A program made the translations under genes and the position numbers. A stretch of 62,941 bases of DNA, the filler included, from Octopus bimaculoides (taxonomy: Eukaryota): the NCBI RefSeq assembly GCF_001194135.2. It is 8 parts of 7 records of this genome, joined end to end, with 100 filler letters (N's around TTAATTAATTAA, not from the genome) between each part and the next. Parts side by side here need not be neighbours in the genome. Positions count along the whole stretch, not along the records: positions 23,087 to 39,151 come from NC_068991.1; positions 39,252 to 41,214 come from NW_026363674.1; positions 41,315 to 46,261 come from NC_068983.1; positions 46,362 to 62,941 come from NC_069003.1; 4 more parts are not named here. One strand, given 5' to 3'. Below are positions 37,201 to 47,772 of the stretch, one piece after another; within the stretch, counting starts at the first letter, position 1; every line of letters begins with the position of its first letter. The notes beneath the pieces are model-generated. The model made no database searches and was not told the origin of the DNA. It saw only the letters and a list, made by a program, of their open reading frames with translations.

Positions 37201-38010
37201 GTCGCTTATGACGTCGAGGGTTCCAGTTGATCCAATCAATGGAACAGCCTGCTCATGAAATTAACGTGCTAGTGGCTGAACACTCCACAAACACGTGTAC
37301 CATTAACGTAGTTCTCAGGGATATTCAGTGTGACACAGTGTGACAAGGCTGACCCTTTGAAATACAGGTACAACAGAAACAGGAAGTAAGAGTGAAAGAA
37401 AGTTGTGGTGAAAGAATACAGCAGGGTTCGTCACCATCCCCTGCCGGAGCCTCGTGGAACTTTAGGTGTTTTCGCTCAATAAACACTCACAACGCCCGGT
37501 CTGGGAATCGAAACCGTGATCCTATGACCACGAGTCTGCTGCCCTAACCACTGGGCCATTGCGCCTTCACGGTTGTGTAAGTTAACCTAGGTTAAAATGT
37601 ATAAAATCCATTCTAACTACATGGTTGAATGGCTGTTAGAAACAGAAAAGGTATCCATATGTAAAATAAACAGTTACTTAGATAAAATTCAAATTTTCAA
37701 AATAAAATTTCACTGATGCCAACATGGCAAAAATACAAGCAAGAACAAGTAAAAATGTAAATAAACCCAAATCATCCTTACAGGAATGTATTCTTCAAGC
37801 CTTCCATCTGGGAAGGCACCAAACAATTTGGGGCCAAGACACTTTTCTGAAAGAATAGCAAATATTACAGAGTTTCTCACAACAAAGCCAGCACTTGTCT
37901 TCGCAATGTGTCCATATACTCGTAGTAGTACTTTACGTGGTTCATCTGGCCTCAATACTGGAATTTCATTTGGAAGAGAACAAATATACAGATAATTGGT
38001 CAGTCCACCA
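23556..38010 (-). CDS. CHKA: Choline/ethanolamine kinase (CHKA/CHKB-like), partial multi-exon CDS: 6 internal exons, 724 nt; first and last exons not found in the window
   Basis: Manual splicing gives a continuous frame: GGLTNYLYICSLPNEIPVLRPDEPRKVLLRVYG...LGPKLFGAFPDGRLEEYIP/ARCL...FHTLEMPLCKRPKWL.../WLSEVKE...LEKEMHDLM/DSLEKVNSPVVFCHNDLQEG/NVLILDSCTDPLKKLTVIDWEYCAYNYR/GFDLGNHFLEWCYDY...YPSKKQQ. All junctions are GT-AG with compatible phases, and intron positions match vertebrate CHKA as I recall them. The symbol denotes family orthology; CHKA vs CHKB cannot be resolved. Confidence 0.95.
23767..24025. mobile_element. Palindromic MITE-like element (arms about 125 bp, 10-nt loop)
   Basis: TATTATCC...CAGAGG-tagccattat-CCTCTG...GGATAATA; arms align along their full length with scattered mismatches. 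Confidence 0.8.
24085..24415. mobile_element. Head-to-head pair of a tRNA-headed (AAT)n SINE: minus copy 24085-24267 (5'-truncated, carries the hammerhead tail) and plus copy 24269-24415 (intact head, 3'-truncated)
   Basis: Head GGGGCATATGGCATAGTGGTTAAGAG..GAGTTCAATTCC; arms 24178-24267 and 24321-24410 are near-identical inverted repeats. Confidence 0.8.
24126..24171 (-). ncRNA. Minimal hammerhead-like motif in the tail of a tRNA-headed SINE
   Basis: Reads GACAC-CUGAUGA-A-GGCUG(loop)CAGCU-GAAA-C-GUU-GUGUU; helix I GACAC/GUGUU; helix III is the palindrome AACGUU, so it could only form as a dimer. Confidence 0.6.
24549..24633 (-). CDS. CHKA: Choline kinase exon NVLILDSCTDPLKKLTVIDWEYCAYNY(R), choline kinase motif
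   Basis: cttgcag acceptor, gtatgt donor; 85 nt, phase 1 to 2; IDWEY..YNYR. Confidence 0.95.
26985..27365 (-). mobile_element. tRNA-derived SINE, third family (second copy 37190-37570 -, partial 6455-6560)
   Basis: Head GGCGCAATGGCCCAGTGGTTAGGGCAGCGGACTCGCGG..GGTTTCGATTCCC (A and B boxes, Arg-like TCG loop); the two copies are highly similar. Confidence 0.88.
30227..30285 (-). CDS. CHKA: Choline kinase exon DSLEKVNSPVVFCHNDLQE(G), Brenner phosphotransferase motif
   Basis: tttcag acceptor, gtaata donor; 59 nt; SPVVFCHNDxQEG motif. Confidence 0.95.
31296..31530 (-). mobile_element. Second SINE family, full copy (others: 5425-5775 +, 30340-30505 -, 50108-50425 -, 50428-50590 +, 52195-52415 +, 53245-53400 +, 53470-53615 +, 57810-57995 +)
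   Basis: GGCGGTGAGCTGGCAGAAACGTTAGC..GAGTTCAAATT (B-box-like)..CGAGGTCGACTTTGCCTTTCATCCTTTCGGGGTCGATAAATTAAGTACCAG. Confidence 0.88.
32226..32333 (-). CDS. CHKA: Choline kinase exon WLSEVKEAFLCNGLWKHEELRKFLPKNLEKEMHDL(M)
   Basis: ctttcag acceptor, gtaag donor; 108 nt, phase 2 to 2; open and phase-compatible with both neighbours. Confidence 0.88.
32500..33502 (+). mobile_element. Decayed DD37D (maT) Tc1/mariner-superfamily transposon, cut by a gap
   Basis: KPWLEMV..RPYV*QQD-LAPCLTSRKSQKWLLENFYSFTSPNFRPPNSPDCNPM-DY*VW: exactly 37 residues between the 2nd and 3rd catalytic Asp. Confidence 0.85.
34840..34973 (-). CDS. CHKA: Choline kinase exon ARCLSRTDLLNPVIFKGIATKLGYFHTLEMPLCKRPKWLHDVMY(R)
   Basis: ttttgtag acceptor, gtaagt donor; 134 nt, phase 0 to 2; resembles CHKA FHGMKMPFNKEPKWL. 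Confidence 0.93.
35215..35585 (+). mobile_element. RTE-clade (Rex3/Expander-like) LINE fragment
   Basis: FKYLGAVFMSDG, KAKLAVF, ILTYGHE*WVMIER, IQAAKMGF, HIERSQL. Confidence 0.75.
35940..36295 (+). mobile_element. SINE with (GAT)n tail and internal subrepeats (inverted copies 36917-37076 and 39117-39151; decayed copy 34380-34510)
   Basis: GGCGTTAGGAAGGGCATCCAGCTGTAGAAACTCTGCC..GCGGACGTTAAACGATGATGAT; internal duplication of GGCCGTTGCCAGTACCGCCTGACTGGCCTTCGT. Confidence 0.85.
37782..38010 (-). CDS. CHKA: Choline kinase exon (N-lobe: GGLTN loop, DEPRKVLLRVYG, LGPKL, GRLEEYIP)
   Basis: ttttttgcag acceptor (AG at 38012-38011), gtaagg donor at 37781; 229 nt, phase 2 to 0. Confidence 0.95.
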
Positions 38011-40029
38011 CTGCAAAAAATATATAGAAATACAAGGAATTATTAAACATACATTTGCTATATAAACACTTTGACAGGATATAAAATAAACACAGCAGGG
38101 AGCCGTTTAATCAATATTTGCCAGGCATATCTGCACTTACCAGTTGCATCACATTACTTATCTTCATAAACAGCCCACGTGTATTGTAGTTTGATGACAA
38201 ACATGTATTGATATCCCAACCCACAAAAAAAAAAAGAAAAAAAAACTGGTACCTTCAGCAAGTGTCTTCTACTATAGCCCCAGCATGACCACAGTCTGAA
38301 GACAAACAAGTAAAAGACACACACACATATGACAGGCTTCGACTCAGTTTCTATCGGTCAAATTCACTCACAAGACATTGGTTGGCCTGGGGCTATAGTA
38401 GAAGACACTTGCCCAAGGTGCTGTGCAGTAGGAGTGAACCTGAAATCCTGTGGATGCAAAATGAGCTTCTTAACTACACAGCCATGCCTGGACCTATGTC
38501 GTTTGATCAAATGAGCAGCCTGTACATTGACTTGAACAAGCAAATGACTGAGTATTCCACAGACACATGTACTCTTAACACAATCTTCAAGCAAAATGAG
38601 AGTAATGCATTCTGTGACAAGATTGGACTTGAATTACAGATACAATTTATTTGGTAGTTTTCCTCACAATACTTGGGTCAACCCAAGGTTACGCAGACAC
38701 ACACACATAGACAGAAACAGTGGCAATGTAAAACTTAACATTAAATAGGTCATCAACCTCATAACTGTCTAATTACATACAGAAGATCCCCAAATATAGT
38801 AACACCAGTCTTTAATTATTTCCTTTTCCTATTTTATGGTTGAGTGATTGGCAACAGGAAAAATAATTATATGGGAAATAAAAAAAAAAAAGGTGTCAAA
38901 CAAGAAAAAGAAATGATGTAGTTTTAGGGTTGGAAAAATAATTTGATTTGAAAAAATTCCGAGTTTAGTTACAAAAGCTAATCTTTCTAAGTATTTCTTC
39001 TAATGAAAGAACTTTATCATAACTTTGAAAAATAAAAAAAGTATGAAAAAAACGAATTATTTATGGGATGACCCAATATTTTCTTGTGTATAGGTCACAT
39101 TATTCAATACTTAATTTATCATCATCATCATCGTTTATCGTCCGCTTTCCANNNNNNNNNNNNNNNNNNNNNNNNNNNNNNNNNNNNNNNNNNNNTTAAT
39201 TAATTAANNNNNNNNNNNNNNNNNNNNNNNNNNNNNNNNNNNNNNNNNNNNTCGTTGGTGGTACCTGTTATCTCTATTCTAACTTTTGGTGAAATAGAAG
39301 ATGTTAGAAGGGTCAAGTGGACATTATTCTGCAAGGCGAAGGCATCTGGCAAACGTAACTGCTGTCACTCACAGAAAAACTATTGTTTTACCGGGAGAAA
39401 AGTGTTGTTGAAGTATTAAGTGAAATTTGACTATCGAGGATCGAATCCATGCTATGCCTGCATGAAGTCACGACATCACTCTCCCTCTAGAGAGGTTCCG
39501 AGAAAAGAAAGCGAACGATCGAGGAAGAGAAAGAAATGCATGGTTAAGGAAAAATTTTGCATATCACAAGTGAGGATCATTGAAGTGTGTACGGGACAGA
39601 TATTTACTCAAGTGAGTCTGAATAGCGGTGCCGCTTTGCGTTCCAGGATGTGCAGTCAGTGACTGGGTAGTAGGAAAAATGAATTGGCGAGTGTGTGCGC
39701 GAGAGGGCGTATACACGAGTGTAGGTGCACGTATCAAAATTCATTGTAAAATAAACTCAGGTGAGCGAGTCAGTGTATTCTCAATCTATGATATCGAAGA
39801 TCTTCCTGCAGGATTGCAGTAGTGAAATGTCTTGAAGGATTTTCAAAAGTGAAATGTGTCTGGTGTTGTTGTCGTGGTTAATTTCTGAAGTTAGCAAGAA
39901 CGACAGTGTAGCATGCTGGAGTGATGCGCGAGACAGGTAATTTTCTCCATTTCTTACGTTACCAAACAGGGGTCTAACAGAGGGAAATTATGTCTAAAAA
40001 TGGGCGCAGAGCATTTTTAAAAAGAGGGT

Positions 40030-40073
<44 letters not shown>

Positions 40074-40622
40074 GACAGAGACAGACAGAGACAGACAGAG
40101 ACAGACAGACAGAGATAGAGACAGACAGACAGATAGGAAACAGTGAAAAGGAGAAAAAGGTGGGGGAGAAAACAGTATAGAGTAGAGTAGCATCAAAATG
40201 ATTAAAATAAACTTACTTGGAAATGAATGCGTGCCGTTCAATCAAATTATAAAATANNNNNNNNNNNNNNNNNNNNNNNNNNNNNNNNNNNNNNNNNNNN
40301 NNNNNNNNNNNNNNNNNNNNNNNNNNNNNNNNNNNNNNNNNNNNNNNNNNNNNNNNNNNNNNNNNNNNNNNNNNNNNNNNNNNNNNNNNNNNNNNNNNNN
40401 NNNNNNNNNNNNNNNNNNNNNNNNNNNNNNNNNNNNNNNNNNNNNNNNNNNNNNNNNNNNNNNNNNNNNNNNNNNNNNNNNNNNNNNNNNNNNNNNNNNN
40501 NNNNNNNNNNNNNNNNNNNNNNNNNNNNNNNNNNNNNNNNNNNNNNNNNNNNNNNNNNNNNNNNNNNNNNNNNNNNNNNNNNNNNNNNNNNNNNNNNNNN
40601 NNNNNNNNNNNNNNNNNNNNNN

Positions 40623-41190
40623 GGAAACAAAACCAGGATAGTGGAGACATACAAAGAAACCGGACGAAAACAAACATGGAGGATCGTTAGATCAGAACGA
40701 GGGTAAAATAGCGAACGCTGGAGAAATTTTTTTTTTTTTTAAGAGAAAAGATAGAAGAGATAGAATACGTCCAGTCCTTAAGAGAGTTGTGAAGGAAAAC
40801 AACGATGATCACGTGAGAAAATTAAAGGTGGACGAAGGTCACGTGTGGGCAAGGAGAGAGAGAAAAAGTGAAAGAGGGAGAGGGAGAGACAGATAGAAAA
40901 CGATGAAGGGGAGAAAGAAAATATTTCTTCAGCGCTCTCCACTATCCTGGTTTTGTTTCCAACTTTGACCCTCCATAAAACCAAAATTTTATTTTGGTAC
41001 TTATGGGAGCAACTGTCATCTAAGACTTATATTGTCGTTGAATGCTCAAAATGAGGAGTAGATTGACAGCCGATAACTGATGAAGAGTCGTTCTTTGCGT
41101 TACTTGTCCTGTTTTCCATTTGTTTCTCTCGTTGTTTGCATATTGAACACATTTGTTTTCTTATTTCATGTTTACTGTTGGTGACGTCCG
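40623..41190. mobile_element. Penelope-like element remnant with inverted segment
   Basis: Perfect 24-bp inverted repeat 40623-40646/40937-40960, both arms encoding GNKTRIVE; ccgataaCTGATGAag motif near 41077. Confidence 0.4.
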
Positions 41191-42559
41191 TACACATATT
41201 TATATGTATATATANNNNNNNNNNNNNNNNNNNNNNNNNNNNNNNNNNNNNNNNNNNNTTAATTAATTAANNNNNNNNNNNNNNNNNNNNNNNNNNNNNN
41301 NNNNNNNNNNNNNNCTTTGAGACGAATACACATGCAACAGACTTCGTTTTGAATAAATTTACTTTAACTCTTTTGAGTATGTAATTTCGTTTGATTGGTC
41401 TTGAATACTTTTCCAAAATATCTCTCAGGAAACTTATTTTGTTTTCCTGAGAATTCAAAAATTCTCTCTCATAAAAGTGATTCAAACAGGCGCCTATCGT
41501 TAACCAGCACATTTCAGTTTAGAATGGCAAGCAAATAAAATTATCATCATTTTGTTTGCACAGCTGTCCGAATAATCTGTCTGTGAGTGAATTCTTTTTA
41601 ATTCTGTTAATTGTTGTAATGAGTTATTTCAATGAACGGTACAAGCAATTAATAATGTTTTTCGCAACTAAACCACACAACGCATTGCCAATAAATTCAA
41701 CACTGCGTTTGCAGTGAATTCATGGAAGCAGCTTAACACGGACAGTCCTCTTTCTGTTGCAGGTGTCATATTTGTAAAAACTGCTCCACAACATGAAATA
41801 CTGACTCAGCTTCAATGTCGTTTACCTCATATCTCGAAAACAATAACTGACGAGTTATCTTTCTTTTTTTTTTTTTGTAAACCGGACAAAAGGTAATAGT
41901 AAGCATTTATTCCACAATAGAGTTGATTCATCTAGTTGCCAGTAGAATTGAGCAGCCCGCAAAAAATAAAATAATGTGCTTTCCACATCCTTCACGATTT
42001 TCTTAATTAGTCGTTTTATTGAAGTAGTGCACACATACACACTTAAAAATAAAGCACATTGATTNNNNNNNNNNNNNNNNNNNNNNNNNNNNNNNNNNNN
42101 NNNNNNNNNNNNNNNNNNNNNNNNNNNNNNNNNNNNNNNNNNNNNNNNNNNNNNNNNNNNNNNNNNNNNNNNNNNNNNNNNNNNNNNNNNNNNNNNNNNN
42201 NNNNNNNNNNNNNNNNNNNNNNNNNNNNNNNNNNNNNNNNNNNNNNNNNNNNNNNNNNNNNNNNNNNNNNNNNNNNNNNNNNNNNNNNNNNNNNNNNNNN
42301 NNNNNNNNNNNNNNNNNNNNNNNNNNNNNNNNCCCTATATTTGTTAGTAAAAATTAATTCTTTTTCAAAAACCCTTCGAATGCTAAAGTTTTAGTAGATT
42401 CATTTAGAAAGTCTCTCCTTCAAAGCATGTACCATGTTAGTATGTGGCAAAATAAAGTCATATTTCAAATATTCAATATTGTAGTGCTGTGCATTTCCTT
42501 TGGATTTACCATGTTATACTCATAAGAATATATTATGAAAAATATATTGTCGATATCAC

Positions 42560-42801
42560 GTGACGGAGCAGATGTTGTTACACATCGCTGGTCACAATGC
42601 GTTTTTGCATTGTTTTAGCCTTCAAATGACGTCACCCCGCTGGTTAGGCGAGCAGGCCAACATTCCCCTCTGATCGGAAGGGGGAGTGGAGCAACGTGAA
42701 ATGAAGTGTTTGCTCAAGAACACAACGCAACGTGCGGCCCAGTCACTCATGATCTAGCGATCGTGAGTGCAACAGCCTAACCACTAGGCCACGCGCCTTC
42801 A
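42560..42801 (-). mobile_element. tRNA-derived SINE, fourth family (related decayed copies 27928-28130 +, 43655-43745, 44070-44190, 51700-51880)
   Basis: GTGAAGGCGCGTGGCCTAGTGGTTAGG head; GTGTTCTTGAGCAAACACTTCATTTCACGTTGCTCC body. Confidence 0.7.
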
Positions 42802-45800
42802 CTATTGATATATATTTTTTTATTTGGAGATGTTTTTATAATATTCAATAAACAAGAATCACTGCCATTAACGCTGGAGACAGTTTAACGAATGGCAACT
42901 AATTAATATCATTAGATTTCTTGCTGCTTCTTACCATTCATCATCATGTTTTCTTATAGTTCCTATCCTTTCTTGCCTTCTAGCATTCTTCTTCAGTCTT
43001 CGAACACACCCAAAGTGTGATAGGGCCGATTAGGAATTACAAGTGTAAACAATTAATTTACATAGCTAGACAGGCACCAACAATACCGATTAACTAATTG
43101 ATTTTATATGATTTTATACAGTGCAATGATATCTAAGTTCATGGGTAGAAGATGAGTATTTCTTTTTCCGATAAATACCTAATAACATTAGAGACAGGAA
43201 AGAACCACCTACTTTTTCTTCTCATTGGGAGATAACTCTTTTGATGTAATCAGTATTTTTCATTGACAGGTTATCGAAAAAGTATTCTTTAGTTCAGTGT
43301 GAACAAATGAATTAATACACTTTATCAGCGCAAGCACTGTTCTACAAATTAATCAAAGCAGTTTGACGTTATGCATATGTACAAAAACACTATAAGCTTC
43401 ATATCTCTCTATGAAGAGAAAAATGACATGCTTTCTCCGATGAAAGTTTAACAAAACAAAAAACTGATCAGATCGATTCCATATTGTCTACTCCAAAATA
43501 GATAAAACTAGTGATGTAAATACTTCATTTACTTTTTAATTTTTTTTATAGGACTGAATATGTTTACGTAAAAAGGCATTTATACATACATATAAATATG
43601 TTTGTGGCATGCATGTGTATGTATATATGTATACATATGCATACATACAGAGTGGCTCTGGGAGACCATGGTTCTCCCGTTCTGTGAATCGATCCCACGA
43701 CCTAAAAATTGTAGACTCAACAACGCTAACAACTAGGTCACTAACTTTTAAACACACATTTGAAATACAATTTGAAATACATGTTTAGTTAATTACAACA
43801 AAAAGGAATGATAGTGATCTATACATATGCATACATATATATGCGCACGCGCGTGTGTATGTGTGTCCGTGTGTGTGCGCGCGTGTTTGTGTGCTATAGT
43901 CTGTTTTGAACCTACTAGCTAATTAGACCGGACCGCATTCTAGTTTTTAAGGCGTTGAAATTACCGAAAGAATAAGTAATTCAGCAGCCTGCTAAACTGG
44001 ATGATAGTCCATCCCAAAGTTAATTCCCCTTTCATTTGTCACTGATGCTCATTCTAATTTGCATAAAGTAAAGCAACGTGAATTGGAGTGAGCGTCTGTG
44101 GGAGTCAAAGGCTCTCCCTTTCTGTGAATTGATCCCACGATCTAATGATTGTGAAGCCAACAACGCTAACTACTGGGCGACTAACTTTCATACACACTTA
44201 TGCTCACAAACTGGCAACGCATACACATATGTGTATCAGAGTGTATGTGTGTGCAGATGTGTCTGTGAGAAGAGGGAGAGTGTGTGCGTGATTGCATTTG
44301 TGCGTCAATTCATATGTGCGTGTATGAGAATGTGTGTATACACGCCCATAAACAATACAGTATACATATAGATCATATAGATCTTTGTAAAACCCATACT
44401 GTATTTTTCTAGCTCATTAAGAAACATATATTGACGCATTTTCTGTGATAAACAAAACAAGAACTGTGACAGACTTTTGTATCTCTCTGAAACATAATAT
44501 ATATTGATTTTTTTTTTCTGACTTCAAACTAATTTCATTTTATGAGTTATATTTAGTCATAACATGACTGATATATGCCTTGCCTCCAAACTGTCTTATA
44601 AACTAATGTGTAGATTATCGAAAAGCGGCGAACGTTTCAAATGTAATCAAACTGCTTTGACCATAGAAATTAAAAGCATTCCTATAGTTTCTCCAAATAT
44701 GGGCAGTGCGTTGCGAGTGCCTGTACATATGTCAGGCAAACAAACCTCTGACGAACCAGCGACGTTGCAATTTAGCCTGTCCTCCTTCTTCGTGTATCTA
44801 CTATCTACAAAGTATACTCTTTTGTTGTTTAGTTAGTTGTGTGAGGAAGATGTGTTTACTGATCGCCTTGATACTTGCGTAAATATAATATTTTGTGTTC
44901 AGCAGAAATTTGAATATAACGTGTACAGAGTAATAAATATAAACACCATATATTCGTATTTGTGAAGCATATTAAGTTTTACAGCCAAATCGACGCTTCC
45001 GCTTGCGCTATACATTAATCAGCGTCCGTTTCTGCAATTCGCCTTGCAAGAAAAACGAAGATAAATAAAATATATTTTCAAATATTGTCATGCTTCTAAA
45101 CAATCATGGCTCCACTTACTGATCAGGGAATCCAAATAGACATGAAAAACTTTTAATATATTTATGACGATATTTCAGGGTGGTGAGTGGTAAATCCTGT
45201 AGTTTCGAGATCTCTTAATGAGTTCAAATCTCAACACGATCAAATTTGACTTTGATTCTTGCTAGATAAATAAAATAAATCTCGCTTGATGCTGTTATTA
45301 TTGTTTAGCTTTCGGTATACTCTGACTGAGAAGATCTACAATCAAATGCATACTAGCCACGACTTACGCGCTTTTGTTTATTTCAGGAATATTTTAAACA
45401 CTAATGTATGAAATAAGAACCATTTAGCTGTTATTTCTAGAATCTGATGAGGCCAATTAAAGAATTTATTGAAGGCTTAATTAAAAATACTAGTCGAATA
45501 TAGACTCAATAAATTGACTGCCCCCCCTCCCCCGTAAATGTATAACTTTGACTAGTGCAAGAAGCGCAATATACACTAAATCATATTCAAATTGACCTAG
45601 TCATATGTTCCACTCGAGTTTAGGATCTCGACTAAACCAAATCTGCATTCTCCGGTTTTCGACTGGTTATAAGTACTAATCAAGTCTCCTTGACATTACA
45701 ACTAGCTGGATTCAAATAGGGACGTTTATGTTGTCTTTGGTGCATACATATTTAAGAAAATTGTGATCACCATGGCTTAAATACTTGCGATATAAATCTC

Positions 45801-46170
45801 TTCATTCAAACATACAACAAAAACATTAGCTAAGTATTCGAAACTACTGAACGTAATGGACATGTCTATATTAATGCGTATGTGTGCATGTGTGTACACA
45901 TACATACACACATACGTGCGAACATGTGCGCGCCCGCACAAACACACACACACACACACACACACACCGTAAAGTACAACCAAACCTTAAAAACATGAAG
46001 ACCAACACAGAAAGAATAATACTGGTTACTGCATCAGTTTAACGCTTCAGAAGTTATGTCTTCACTTCAGAGACTTGCACAGAATAGTAACACGACACAG
46101 ATTTTCTTCGTGTACAATGAAGGTAAAGAATAATGAAACACTACAGAAACATATATATATATACATATAT

Positions 46171-46219
<49 letters not shown>

Positions 46220-46471
46220 ACAGTCTTACTTGCAAATATTCCATATATATTCTTTGTATTANNNNNNNNNNNNNNNNNNNNNNNNNNNNNNNNNNNNNNN
46301 NNNNNTTAATTAATTAANNNNNNNNNNNNNNNNNNNNNNNNNNNNNNNNNNNNNNNNNNNNAAAGACTTTTGAATTTTACCAATAAGCTGTAATTAGCAG
46401 AACCATATGCACGCGCACCCATGGCGGTGGGCAACTCTGTATACGATTCTGATGATTGCGGTTACATTACA

Positions 46472-46535
46472 AATCAGGCTGAAGAGGAATAGACAACTGG
46501 TAAGAATTTGTTAAATCCGAAACCGGTTCCTGGTT
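46472..46535 (+). ncRNA. Minimal type-I hammerhead ribozyme motif (Penelope-like/retrozyme type)
   Basis: Helix I AAUCAGG/CCUGGUU; core CUGAAGA (46479-46485); helix II GGA..UCC; GAAA (46519-46522); palindromic helix III AACCGGUU; GUU cleavage triplet (cut after 46528). Confidence 0.75.
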
Positions 46536-47184
46536 AAGAATGCTTTTTTAGGTGATTTTAAATGTCTTGCCCGCTCACAGTTTGGTACGCTGCTATATTT
46601 CATGTTGAGAACAATTTAGGTCTTAATAGACACAAGATGTGATCTATTTCTAGCGCATTAATTGTCCACGTTAGTGGTCGACGTTATTTTTTAAAATGTA
46701 CCTTAATCCCCTGAGATTGCAGATAATATTTCTGAATCTCTTTGATTCTTTAGATGTGCTGGCCTCCTAATAATTAATCGATATTAATTAATATATGATT
46801 AATTAACAAATTTTATAATAATATATGTATATATATATGCATATAAATATAATTATTTACATCTTGCCATGTTCATGCAGGCATGTCTGTGAGTGTGTGT
46901 GTGCTTGTGTGCGTATGTGTATGCCTCTGTGTGTGTGTGTACGCCTCTGTGTGTGTCTGTGTGTGCGCAGGTGTTTGTGTGTGGTGTGTGCGTGATGTGT
47001 GTGTGTCTCTGTTTGTTTGCGCGTGTGAGAGCTTAACCTTAAGCAAAATCTGCAGAAAAAACTTCTCAAGAGTCGGGTGTTTGTCAGAATAGCGGAAAAA
47101 ATAATGAGATCGGGTTTGCGGTTTGCAGATAGGTGTGTATGTGTGCGAGTGTTAATGTACGAGTATGTGTGTGATTGAGTGTGA

Positions 47185-47224
<40 letters not shown>

Positions 47225-47349
47225 ATTATCTGTGTGAAAGAAAGAGAGAAGAGAGCATTCTGTGAACGTGTGTGTGTGTGTGTGTGTGTGTGTGGAGAGA
47301 GGAGGGAGAAAACGGTCAGTTTAGAGGCATTTAGAGAGCTATGGCACTG

Positions 47350-47680
47350 GGTTAATGATGATGATGATGATGATGATGATGATAATGATGAAGATGATGC
47401 CGTTGACGATGACGACAGAGATGATGATGATGATGATTATGACGACGAAACTAATAATTAATGATGATTTTTGATGACGATGATGACGCTGATTCATGAT
47501 GGCGACAACGATGATGATGATGATGATGATAATGATGACGACCATGATGACGATGTTTGATGACGATGTCGATAACGATGACGTTGATGATGATGATGAT
47601 GGTGATGACTATGACGACGACGACGCGAGGCAATTGTGGTGGTGTTTGGTGATGGCTGAGATGAGGATGAGCGGTGAATC
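47350..47680. repeat. Degenerate (GAT/GAC)n tract
   Basis: Direct reading. Confidence 0.9.
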
Positions 47681-47706
47681 AGACAGAAAAATAATAAAAT
47701 TGGCTT

Positions 47707-47772
<66 letters not shown>

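Noticed and set aside
38141-38215. Strong GTAAGT donor 130 nt upstream of the first identified kinase exon
   Set aside because: The required phase-2 frame contains several stops (ATG TGA, TAA) and there is no suitable acceptor, so it cannot be the coding exon 1
39252-39960. CpG-rich unique-looking segment where kinase exon 1 might lie
   Set aside because: No AYxWC..GxW-type exon in the frames I read; more likely a decayed LINE 3' region, too degenerate to call
45434-45480. CTGATGAGGCC...GGC motif
   Set aside because: No GAAA follows; incomplete core
5820-46317. Seven copies of TTAATTAATTAA regularly embedded in N runs, superficially like a spaced repeat array
   Set aside because: Artificial six-frame stop linker in fixed-size scaffold gaps, not biological
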